Assembly: GCA_031266055.1 (NCBI GenBank)
Contig: JAISBT010000077.1
Coordinates: forward strand, 2,278-66,277
Direction: 5' to 3'
Length of the DNA: 64,000 nucleotides
Source of the DNA: Deltaproteobacteria bacterium
Lineage (GTDB): Bacteria > Desulfobacterota > Desulfovibrionia > Desulfovibrionales > Desulfovibrionaceae
Shown: positions 56,498 to 64,000 of the stretch, piece after piece
Numbering within the stretch: position 1 is the first letter of the stretch
Layout of the letters: each line of letters begins with the position of its first letter
Notes under the pieces: model-generated
The model's database searches: none
Told to the model about the DNA's origin: nothing
Seen by the model: only the letters and a program-made list of their open reading frames with translations
Translations under genes and position numbers: made by a program

Positions 56498-57508
56498 ATG
56501 GAATTACTGGTGGAACTCACGGCTTTTTATCCCATCGTTCAAGAGCATGGGTTATCCAAATGGTGGATATACAAACAGTTGTCCAAGCTGTCCCATGGCC
56601 TGAAACGTGGTGTTCTTCCTTCCGGACGTTCCACTGCCTCTTCATTGGTGCCCTACGAAGAATTGATGCACCTTGTTTTATGCGCATCAAAGAAAAGGAG
56701 CATAGAGAATATTATTCATCTTGCGTGGACGGTAATCTACGGAAGAAGAATGACACATATGGCATCGCGGTCTCACGGTAATTGGCAGCGCCATTACTCA
56801 ATTCAACGAAATAAAGGGCGAATCGCCATAGGTACTCCTGAAGATTTCTTCGATCTCCGCCCTCGGTTCCTGTTCTTCAAGGACAATCTTGGCGAGTTGG
56901 AAACGGTCATGGCGCCGAAATATTATGCTAAACTCGTCGCATTTCTTGATTCGGCAGAAACCAGGGCAAGAAAATACATTGACAAGATGAGTAAATCGCA
57001 AACTGTTCAGCAGAAGCTGGTAAGTATCGACTATGAACAGTTTTACCATCTCATGCTGGATGCCTTAATATACGGGGCGTCTGAGGAACTTGCATTCAAT
57101 CAGGCTCTGAAAAACGCTCCGAAGCGCTCCGATAAAGGCAGCAGCAAAGAATTTATCACTGCCACGGAAGGAGCCATTGAAAGCTTCGCTGAAGCCGGCG
57201 TGCCCGTGAACTCTTCACCGTTCAAAATGGATTTTGAAAAGCTGCGGCTCGGTTTTGCGGAACAGTTGCTTCAGGAACGAATGACAGCCATGAAGTCACG
57301 AAAACGGCTCACCCATGATGACGAAAACAAGGCATGCGCGCTCGCTGCCGAGGACATGGCGATCTTGGATTTCGTTATTGATGGACTCACGGATGCCGAA
57401 ATTCTGGATAAACTGAACCTGACCTGCACCCGCCAAGCTCTGACCATGCGGCGCTCCCATATCATGGATCTGGCAAAAGAGCACTTCGCGCATCTGATGG
57501 AGGAATAG
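56498..57508 (+). CDS. Hypothetical protein with a C-terminal LuxR/sigma70-region-4-like HTH (candidate tra regulator)
   Basis: 336-aa ORF. The C-terminal MAILDFVIDGLTDAEILDKLNLTCTRQALTMRRSHIM resembles a LuxR-type HTH. No firm family call. Confidence 0.5.
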   Translation: MELLVELTAFYPIVQEHGLSKWWIYKQLSKLSHGLKRGVLPSGRSTASSLVPYEELMHLVLCASKKRSIENIIHLAWTVIYGRRMTHMASRSHGNWQRHYSIQRNKGRIAIGTPEDFFDLRPRFLFFKDNLGELETVMAPKYYAKLVAFLDSAETRARKYIDKMSKSQTVQQKLVSIDYEQFYHLMLDALIYGASEELAFNQALKNAPKRSDKGSSKEFITATEGAIESFAEAGVPVNSSPFKMDFEKLRLGFAEQLLQERMTAMKSRKRLTHDDENKACALAAEDMAILDFVIDGLTDAEILDKLNLTCTRQALTMRRSHIMDLAKEHFAHLMEE

Positions 57509-57566
57509 GTTCAGACGCCGATTTGCATAAACACGCCTCCCGGCTTCTTTGGTCAGGAGGTTTCTT

Positions 57567-58442
57567 ATGCCTGACATCCAATCATTGCACTCGGCTCTTG
57601 GCACCCTACCCCAGAAAGAGCGGAATGAGTTTCTGGGCGCGGCCTTATCCCAACAACCCGTCGAGTTTCTTGAAAGCATCCTGCAGAAACTCGGCCTTGA
57701 AGAACTGCCTGTAAACGCCAAGGTCCGCCTGGTGTTCAAAATGGGCCTTTCTCCCGTTGCCCACGCTTACAAGGCTGGCCCGGATCGTCAACTTCAGTGG
57801 GTTATCCCCTCGGTGCCGGATCATCTGCGTCCTCTGGTTTACTCGACTTCCAGGCTCATCAACGAATTTCTGGAAACCCTCGCCTGTCTGAAAAACGGCA
57901 AAGGCGACTTCGTTAAAGCCTTTACACTGCTCAATCCTGACAACATGCTGGGAATGGTCAACCGCTTCAATGACGAAATGCAGACCTACACCCAGCAGCT
58001 GCGAGAGGCCAATGGCCGCTTTAACCGGTACGGACAGCAAAGAGGCAGGCACGGCAACGGTCTGAAACCGGCCACACCCGCCGCTTCACCTCAGGATGCT
58101 CCACAGGAACAGCCTGCATCGAAAATCGCAATGCCGGAACCAGAACCTGAGCTGAAGACCCGCAAATCGAACGCGAAAACACGATCCAAAGCGCAGCCTC
58201 AGGCCGCGGAAAAAAGCGGTGAAAACCCCTCCGGCGTTGAAAGTCCGGCTCCTGCACTGATTCATGAACCGGTGCCCGAATCTGTCGCAATCGACGCTTC
58301 CTCATACGAATGTGAAGCAGCTCCCGCAGCCGTGCCAGATGGCGATTCTGCCTCTTCTCTCACCGGTAACGAACTGGCGGCCTTCGGCTTTGACGTGCTT
58401 GCCGCGGCTGCGGAAACTCCCCGGGCTGATTCCGGGAAGTAG
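57567..58442 (+). CDS. Hypothetical protein with a Pro/Ala/Glu-rich disordered C-terminal half
   Basis: ATG behind AGGAGG. 291 aa. No family recognised. Confidence 0.5.
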   Translation: MPDIQSLHSALGTLPQKERNEFLGAALSQQPVEFLESILQKLGLEELPVNAKVRLVFKMGLSPVAHAYKAGPDRQLQWVIPSVPDHLRPLVYSTSRLINEFLETLACLKNGKGDFVKAFTLLNPDNMLGMVNRFNDEMQTYTQQLREANGRFNRYGQQRGRHGNGLKPATPAASPQDAPQEQPASKIAMPEPEPELKTRKSNAKTRSKAQPQAAEKSGENPSGVESPAPALIHEPVPESVAIDASSYECEAAPAAVPDGDSASSLTGNELAAFGFDVLAAAAETPRADSGK

Positions 58443-58451
58443 GCACGTACC

Positions 58452-59105
58452 ATGGCAGAACCGCAATACAAGCCGCTGGGTCTGATTCGCCTGACCATTG
58501 CCATAGGAGCGCTCCTGCTTCTGGCGAGCGTCTTCCTGCGGATTTGGGCTGTTCAGCATGCCCCTGAACAAAGGGGAGGATGGAACTACCTGAAGGGCGG
58601 CAACAAGGAATATGTGGTCTGGGCTCCCCTGGAGAATGAAAAAGCTCTCTACCGCGAGGCCGGCTATTCCATTGAGTTTATGGATGGCCCTTCTACGGAG
58701 AAGCTCCGGATCGTCCTAGGGCCATACGCCATCATATTCGAGCTGTTCGCCCTAAGATTCTACGGGTTGCTGACCATTCTCCCCCTGGTGTTGTTCACCT
58801 GCCTGTTCGGCTTCTGCGAAGGCAGAATCATCTACCACGAGAAGATCGCAAGTTTCGGAAATCTATCGGCAACCCGCTTCAAGCTGTTCACGCTGCTGGC
58901 GGTATTCTGCTTCGCGCTGTGCTTCATCTATCTGTCATTGCCGTTTGGTTCCGAACTCCCGTTTATAGGGGCAATTCCACTGACAATCGAGATTTTGGGG
59001 TACCCGCTCTGGACTACGGCCCCATACGTCTGGGCCGTGGTATTCAGCGTCCTCATGTTCTGCGTTGCCCATCAGGTTACGGGCAATCTGGCGCGGGAAA
59101 TTTAG
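58452..59105 (+). CDS. Hypothetical integral membrane protein (4-5 TM)
   Basis: 217 aa with several long hydrophobic segments. Position just upstream of the pilin candidate. Confidence 0.55.
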   Translation: MAEPQYKPLGLIRLTIAIGALLLLASVFLRIWAVQHAPEQRGGWNYLKGGNKEYVVWAPLENEKALYREAGYSIEFMDGPSTEKLRIVLGPYAIIFELFALRFYGLLTILPLVLFTCLFGFCEGRIIYHEKIASFGNLSATRFKLFTLLAVFCFALCFIYLSLPFGSELPFIGAIPLTIEILGYPLWTTAPYVWAVVFSVLMFCVAHQVTGNLAREI

Positions 59106-59329
59106 GGAAGAAACAACAAAGGAGGTGAACCATGCGGCTTAACGGCGGACGTCCGGAGGCGCCGAAGGGCAGGCCGTCCGCCGGCCTGTGAATCGCGTTC
59201 TGCCATTCTTCCGTGAAAGGAGGTGCCGAGAAGGAATGTAATCTCAATCAGTTGCTCAAAGCTCATACCCTCCAGTTAAATCAACCCTCTAACCCAGGCC
59301 TGCTTGCTGCGGCAGGCAGGCCCTTCTTT

Positions 59330-59659
59330 ATGGAGATAAAAACCTTGAAACGCCATTCTTTCACGAATCGCATGCTTTTCATGCTTGCGCTCATCATCTG
59401 CGCAACTTTTGCCCTGGCTGGCAACGCCTTCGCCTTCAGCGCCCCCTCCCAGGGGGACATGTGGTTTGAACTGTACGAAGTGTTTTACGACAAGCTGGTC
59501 GAAGGCCCTCTCGGTGCGGCCTTTGTGGGCGGCGTCCTCACCTGGGGCATTCTCGCGGCAATTCGCGGCTCGGTGTTCCAGTTCGCGGTCTGCTCCTGCG
59601 CGGCGGCGATCATTTTTTCCCTGGAAACCGTTGTCACCAGCCTCGGCATGATCGCCTGA
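59330..59659 (+). CDS. Candidate conjugative pilin (TraA/VirB2-like)
   Basis: 109 aa. Long leader ending AGNAFA, then a mature part of about 75 aa with two hydrophobic helices. Lies immediately upstream of traL-traE-traK-traB, as in F-type operons. Confidence 0.55.
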   Translation: MEIKTLKRHSFTNRMLFMLALIICATFALAGNAFAFSAPSQGDMWFELYEVFYDKLVEGPLGAAFVGGVLTWGILAAIRGSVFQFAVCSCAAAIIFSLETVVTSLGMIA

Positions 59660-59677
59660 CCGGGCGGAACGGAGGTC

Positions 59678-59971
59678 ATGGACATGGCAAAAGGGAGTGG
59701 AACAGGGAGAATCCCCCGGTATTTGGATGCACCCATCACCATTTTGATCTGGGACGCGGACGTGTTTATTCCGGCCGCCCTGCTTTTCGTTCTGGGGGTA
59801 TTCACCCGCAATTTCCTGCTGTTTACCTCGTTTTCCGTTGCCTACCTGTATGTGATGGCCCGCTGCCAGAATAGCCTTCCCAGGGGGATGGTCGGCAACA
59901 TACTGCATCGCTTCGGCCTGTATCCCTACTCGGGATACCCGGACGGAGCGATCAAGCTATTCCGGGGGTAA
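59678..59971 (+). CDS. traL: Type IV conjugative transfer system protein TraL
   Basis: IPRYLDAPITILIWDADVFIPAALLFVLG and the C-terminal ...YPDGAIKLFRG fit the TraL family pattern. 97 aa. Confidence 0.75.
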   Translation: MDMAKGSGTGRIPRYLDAPITILIWDADVFIPAALLFVLGVFTRNFLLFTSFSVAYLYVMARCQNSLPRGMVGNILHRFGLYPYSGYPDGAIKLFRG

Positions 59972-59974
59972 GGC

Positions 59975-60565
59975 ATGGATTTCAAGATATTCAGCGACGA
60001 TTTGCGGGATGTTGGCGCCAAATACAGGCTGCTGCTGTGCGTCAACATCCTGCTTGTCTTCATGGTTGCCGGTCTGGCCGTCCATACGATGTGGATGGCC
60101 AACCGGGCACGAGTCATCATCGTGCCTACCCACCTTGCCGCCCAAGTTGAAATGAAAGGGGAAAAAGCTTCGCCGGAGTATGTGCGCATCATGCTACTGC
60201 ATATGACGCATTTGCTCTACACATACACCCCCTACAGCATCATGGAGCAATACCGGGAGTTTCTGGCCTATCTCCCCGCTGAAAAGCTGGTTTCCGTCAA
60301 GGAGCAGCTCCAGCACCGGATAGACCAAATTGCAAAGCTTAGAATCAACGAGACCTTCCAGGCGAGAGAGGCGCTTCTGCCATCGCCGGGGGTCTGCCTC
60401 ATTTCAGGCAAGACCGTCCGCTGGTCATCCGGGCAGGAACTGGCAACCGAGGAACTTTACCTGAAATACGAATACCAAATTAAAGACGGAGGGTTCCGAA
60501 TTGAAGCCATATCACTGCTTACTTCTAATGAGTATAATGCTCTGCAACGTCCTGACCGTAAGTAG
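59975..60565 (+). CDS. traE: Type IV conjugative transfer system protein TraE
   Basis: 196 aa. An N-terminal TM, then the ...SPEYVRIMLLHMTHLLYTYTPYSI... layout resembling F TraE. Conserved position after traL. Confidence 0.75.
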   Translation: MDFKIFSDDLRDVGAKYRLLLCVNILLVFMVAGLAVHTMWMANRARVIIVPTHLAAQVEMKGEKASPEYVRIMLLHMTHLLYTYTPYSIMEQYREFLAYLPAEKLVSVKEQLQHRIDQIAKLRINETFQAREALLPSPGVCLISGKTVRWSSGQELATEELYLKYEYQIKDGGFRIEAISLLTSNEYNALQRPDRK

Positions 60566-61619
60566 CGCCTGGGCGGATCAATGGCCGCCCGAGGATTGCG
60601 CGTGGAATTCCGTCGAACCGCTGCCTTCGGTCCAGAACATGGATCTGATTTGCAGCAGCGATCTCGACAAAGCGGTCTTGGGTAACGAATCCCTTACTCT
60701 GCCGGAAAAACCTTCTGAGCAGGCGCTGCTCGTTACGGATGCGGAACCCGCCGTTGAACAACCGGAACAGAACGCCGAGGAAAGAATCATCAATCTCCTG
60801 AAAGATGTTTCCACCTCAAATGGAAAAGGCAAACCGGATAAGCCCGCCCCGGCCAGACCCGCAAATCCCGGCGAAAATCCCAAGGACAGGCAGATTTCGT
60901 ACAACAAGGACACTGACAGCTTCAGGGTGCACGTAGAGTCACCCGAGTGGCAACGAGCTTTTTCCGACCGGCGCTCTTTCGGCGCCTTCGCCCGCAACTA
61001 TACCAACCGGATTCATTGCGATGGCGTGATTGCAGATGTGATCTACCCGACGACAAAGGGATTGGAGCTGGAACTAAAGAACAAGGGGCATGATCTGTTT
61101 ATTCAGGTCGGTTCCGCAGTGCCTTCCGACATCTCCTATTTTCCCGTGGATCTGAATATCGTATGTCAGGGCGAAGTGTTCCAGATCAACGCCGTGGTGG
61201 ATACCCAGTACGCCGGGACAAACATGGAACTTGTCCTGAACGGCGGCGTATCCCCGGAAACGCTCCGACCGTATGAGTCGTCCATACTCAAGGCCCAGGC
61301 GCTTCCCCATGAAGAGCGGTTGGTCAAAATCCTCACCAGGGTTTGGAACCGGGATTATCTCCCGTATTGGGTTACGAAGAAAATAGACAGCTCATGCGCG
61401 TTCAGTTCTCCCTGCAAGCTCAGCACATCCATCGACACAGGCATCAGTGGCGTTATCGCCTGGGACTTCCTCGCTCCCAGCAATGCGGCCATTCCCGAAT
61501 TACTGGCCAAGCTGAGCCAGCATGTCACCGGGGAGATCATCGGCATAGGCCGCGTCCATCTCAGGGAAGCCCAACGGGTGATCATCCTGAGCGTGGCCAA
61601 TAAGGCAGAGAAGAAATGA
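60501..61619 (+). CDS. traK: TraK-like (VirB9-type) outer-membrane complex protein with a long acidic/Pro-rich N-terminal extension
   Basis: Signal peptide ...LTVSSAWA. The C-terminal part (RIHCDGVIADVIYPTTKGLELELKNKGHDLFIQV...) and the position between traE and traB support the call. TTG start behind GGAGGG. Confidence 0.6.
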   Translation: MKPYHCLLLMSIMLCNVLTVSSAWADQWPPEDCAWNSVEPLPSVQNMDLICSSDLDKAVLGNESLTLPEKPSEQALLVTDAEPAVEQPEQNAEERIINLLKDVSTSNGKGKPDKPAPARPANPGENPKDRQISYNKDTDSFRVHVESPEWQRAFSDRRSFGAFARNYTNRIHCDGVIADVIYPTTKGLELELKNKGHDLFIQVGSAVPSDISYFPVDLNIVCQGEVFQINAVVDTQYAGTNMELVLNGGVSPETLRPYESSILKAQALPHEERLVKILTRVWNRDYLPYWVTKKIDSSCAFSSPCKLSTSIDTGISGVIAWDFLAPSNAAIPELLAKLSQHVTGEIIGIGRVHLREAQRVIILSVANKAEKK

Positions 61620-62953
61620 ATATCAGTGACCTTACAACCCATATCCGTGAATTCTGGCTCAACCTGTCTTCGGGACAACGGCGCATCGCTACCTTCGGTG
61701 TACTGATTTTGGCAGTGGCGACGATCTACTATGTGGCGACGCCTGACAGAGCGCCCCGGGAGCGGAGGGAACAGAAATCACCGTTTGATTTCACACAGCC
61801 CGACATGGCTGCGGAGGTCATGGCTGAAAAGCTGCAAAACAGCATTCAGTCTCAAAAAGCTCAGATGCAGGCCATGCAGCAACGCCTTGAAATGCTGGAA
61901 AGCAAACAGCAACGCGGAACGACCGCCTCGCCTTCGAGTTCTTCCGGTTCTCAATCCAGGACAAAGCCTTTCGGTGAAGACGCATTGCTCCGGGAAATGA
62001 ACCGGACTATCGGGTCTTCTGAAATCGTTGACGGCGGACAGATTCCTTATGCCCCCGCTCCTGTCCTGCAGTTGCCCCTGCCATCAGGAACAACGTCGGG
62101 CCAGCAGACGCAGGTTCCGCAGTCACCCCAAGAAGGCGCGGCTACGCCTGCTGTGCAGCCCAAGAAACAAACCGGGCCGAACGGGGAGGATATTCCTCCT
62201 CCGCGCAGCCTCGGCGTGCTTTCCTGGTCGCCCCCGGCGTCAATGGAGCAAGGAAAAGTTGAAAAGCCCACGCCGCAGGGATTTTACGTCCCTTCGGCAT
62301 CGTTCTTTTCCGTTTCGCTGCTGACGGGCCTTGATGCTCCCACCGGCAACAAGGCTAAAAATCAACCCTCTCCTCTCGCGCTCCGCGTACAGGATCTGAG
62401 TTGGCTGCCCAACGAAGTGCGGCAAAATGTCCGCGGCTGCTTTCTTTTGGCTGAAGGAATCGGCGAACTATCCACGGAGAGAGTCAATATCCGCGGTATG
62501 ACCATCTCCTGCGTGAATAATGATGGCGAAAGGGTCATCGACCAAAAGTTGCTGGGCTATGTCGCTGACAGCGACGGCAAAGCCGGCATGCGCGGCGAAG
62601 TGGTCTCAAAGGCCGGCAAACTCCTCGCTGAAACAATGAAAGTAGGCTTTATCCAGGGGCTGGGAGAATTTTTTCAGTTCAACGCCCGCAGCCTGACAGT
62701 GACGGACTCCGGGGCCATCAGTTCGCCGAACTCGAATGATCTGGGGAACGCGCTGCTTGGCGGTACATCGTCGGGCATCGGCCGCGCTCTGGATAAGGTC
62801 GCCTCCTACTACATGTCGCTGGCTGAAGAGATCTTTCCGGTGATTCAGGTGGGAGCAACTCGTTCCGCGACCTTTGTGGTCACACAGGGAACGGAAATCG
62901 TTTTCGATAAACAACTGAGCATAGGAAAAAAGGATGGGGCTTATGACCTCTAA
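61616..62953 (+). CDS. traB: TraB (VirB10-like) conjugal transfer protein
   Basis: 445 aa. N-terminal TM, a coiled-coil, a Pro/Gln-rich linker, then a C-terminal beta-rich domain. The ATG overlaps the traK stop. Confidence 0.75.
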   Translation: MNISDLTTHIREFWLNLSSGQRRIATFGVLILAVATIYYVATPDRAPRERREQKSPFDFTQPDMAAEVMAEKLQNSIQSQKAQMQAMQQRLEMLESKQQRGTTASPSSSSGSQSRTKPFGEDALLREMNRTIGSSEIVDGGQIPYAPAPVLQLPLPSGTTSGQQTQVPQSPQEGAATPAVQPKKQTGPNGEDIPPPRSLGVLSWSPPASMEQGKVEKPTPQGFYVPSASFFSVSLLTGLDAPTGNKAKNQPSPLALRVQDLSWLPNEVRQNVRGCFLLAEGIGELSTERVNIRGMTISCVNNDGERVIDQKLLGYVADSDGKAGMRGEVVSKAGKLLAETMKVGFIQGLGEFFQFNARSLTVTDSGAISSPNSNDLGNALLGGTSSGIGRALDKVASYYMSLAEEIFPVIQVGATRSATFVVTQGTEIVFDKQLSIGKKDGAYDL

Positions 62954-63650
62954 AATTAAATTGTTTTTATTGGTTCTTATCTGCATGTCCAGCGGTTGCG
63001 CCAAGATGATGCCGTATGGCGACACATATGACTGTCCGCAGACGGAAAAGGGACAATGCGTTTCCGTGGAAGCGGCCTATGAATATGCACTCGTTGGCGC
63101 AACGCCTGGCTCAGGCAATGCGGAGAGCGTGTCAGCTTCCCGGGAAGCTCTTGGCGACGCCATCGAAAAGTACAGAAAGGCTGTGGTGAAAGGCGAGGCG
63201 GCGGAAATTGAACAGCGGCAGAATGAACTGCTACGGATCGTCAACCCCGGCCAAGCCAACGAGTTTGGTCAGGCCTTGGAGCAATTCAAGGAAGCGGTAA
63301 AGGCCAGCAAACCGAACAAAATTTCCGAGGCCGAGCAGCACCTGCACGAGATCCATGCGCGGGCAGTGGCCAACGCCAAGGACACCGCGCGTCTTGAGTA
63401 CAACATCACCAGCGAAGCCACGAGGCAGGAATTCCTTGGCAGATACGCGCAGGGCCAGAAAACTCAAGCCGTACTGCTGCCTCCGGTGATTATGGAAACG
63501 CATATTCTCCCGTATCAGACGGCATTCAACACTCTGGCTGGCGAGAGGACGATGTGGATACCGGTTGAGCCGTCTCGCTGGACCTGGCCGGACAAGTTCA
63601 ACAGCGGCAAGGGTGAAGAGATCGGCAGTACAGTAAGGGGGGGGGAGTGA
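62934..63650 (+). CDS. traV: TraV-like conjugative transfer lipoprotein
   Basis: Lipobox LICMSSGC, followed by YDCPQTEKGQCVSVEAAY, the Cys pattern typical of TraV. Confidence 0.7.
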   Translation: MGLMTSKIKLFLLVLICMSSGCAKMMPYGDTYDCPQTEKGQCVSVEAAYEYALVGATPGSGNAESVSASREALGDAIEKYRKAVVKGEAAEIEQRQNELLRIVNPGQANEFGQALEQFKEAVKASKPNKISEAEQHLHEIHARAVANAKDTARLEYNITSEATRQEFLGRYAQGQKTQAVLLPPVIMETHILPYQTAFNTLAGERTMWIPVEPSRWTWPDKFNSGKGEEIGSTVRGGE

Positions 63651-64000
63651 AATATTACGGCATCGCGCCCATCGCACTTCTTATGCTTCTCATACCGTGT
63701 CCGCAGGCACACACTATGGTCGTCGGCAGAGAAGGCGTCACCTACGCCATCAAAGAAAGAGACATGCTGGAAGTAATCCGGCATCGGCTTTCGGAAGTGG
63801 ATTTGCGGAAGCTGCAGGAGGATATCCAGGCCGCCTTGAAAGAGGAAGTGAAGACTTTCCGGCTCCGGGATGCCGTGAGCGGGTTGCCGCCCGCTACCAA
63901 GGGCAGGCAGTACAGGGTGGATTTGACCTATACCGTGCCGCAGGACATCAAAGATCTGCACGGCAACGTCGTATATCCGAAAGGGCATAAGCTGAACCCG
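63647..64000 (+). CDS. traW: TraW (partial, runs off the window end)
   Basis: Hand-translated frame not in the ORF track: GTG 63647 (overlapping the traV stop), MKYYGIAPIALLMLLIPCPQAHTMVVGREGVTYAIKERDMLEVIRHRLSEVD...DLHGNVVYPKGHKLNP. It resembles the F TraW N-terminus (..G..Y.I.E.DML..I..RL.. then ..G.V....G...NPL). Confidence 0.78.
   Translation, partial: MKYYGIAPIALLMLLIPCPQAHTMVVGREGVTYAIKERDMLEVIRHRLSEVDLRKLQEDIQAALKEEVKTFRLRDAVSGLPPATKGRQYRVDLTYTVPQDIKDLHGNVVYPKGHKLNP

Larger units (their letters stand above)
47106..64000. mobile_element. Integrative conjugative element inserted at tRNA-Val (left arm only; it continues past the window end)
   Basis: The order tRNA, tyrosine integrase, Xis-like genes, regulator, Rep-like gene with iterons, then F-type T4SS genes (TrbC, TraF-like, SLT, pilin, TraL/E/K/B/V/W). 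I did not find any copy of the core-genome hairpin repeat families in this part. Confidence 0.8.

Noticed and set aside
59213-59329. GTG start at 59213 for the pilin ORF, adding 39 residues.
   Set aside because: The extension is hydrophilic and non-signal-like. The ATG at 59330 gives a typical basic n-region followed by a hydrophobic leader. The upstream segment was treated as leader/regulatory sequence instead, although the 59330 start lacks a good SD, so this remains uncertain.
63697-63990. 97-aa ORF-track entry MSAGTHYGRRQRRRHL...
   Set aside because: It is an Arg/Gly-rich out-of-frame reading. The frame opening at GTG 63647 gives a signal peptide and a clear TraW-like sequence that runs off the window, so that frame was annotated instead.

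Overview
The window is a chromosomal segment of a moderately GC-rich, Desulfovibrionaceae-like genome. That guess rests only on the look of RpoB, RpoC and EF-Tu and on gene order; no search was possible.

Positions 1-47100 are housekeeping genes:
- rplM-rpsI, rlmH, tsaC, a nitroreductase, an HD-GYP protein and pyk.
- An Fe-S protein, EamA, M48 and MATE genes, and a DUF2156 gene next to gltX.
- An SPFH/NfeD pair and a branched-chain amino-acid cluster (brnQ, ACT, buk, Leu-dehydrogenase).
- hbd and a class-V aminotransferase.
- The classical block tRNA-Thr/Tyr/Gly/Thr, tuf, rpmG, tRNA-Trp, secE, nusG, rplKAJL, rpoBC.
- An mdh-like gene, clpB, a cbpA-like gene, argB, hsp20 and aroDE.

rpmG (49 aa) and a 27-aa hydrophobic ORF are below the ORF-track cutoff and were found by eye.

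Nearly every intergenic gap in this part carries modular, multi-hairpin repeat elements. At least two families are present. One is a 140-bp, five-hairpin element with terminal inverted repeats, in 4 copies. The other is a mosaic family with nested insertions, whose ends often coincide with gene stop codons.

From tRNA-Val (47106-47181) to the window end lies the left arm of an integrative conjugative element:
- A tyrosine integrase, two Xis-like HTH genes and a PucR-type regulator.
- A wHTH protein whose gene carries a 24-bp-phased array of inverted and direct iteron-like repeats, next to phased T-tracts.
- F-type T4SS genes: TrbC, TraF/TrbB-like, a lytic transglycosylase, a pilin candidate, and TraL/E/K/B/V/W.

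I did not recognise any CRISPR array, rRNA gene or classic defence system. All family assignments come from motif recognition by eye, not from searches.
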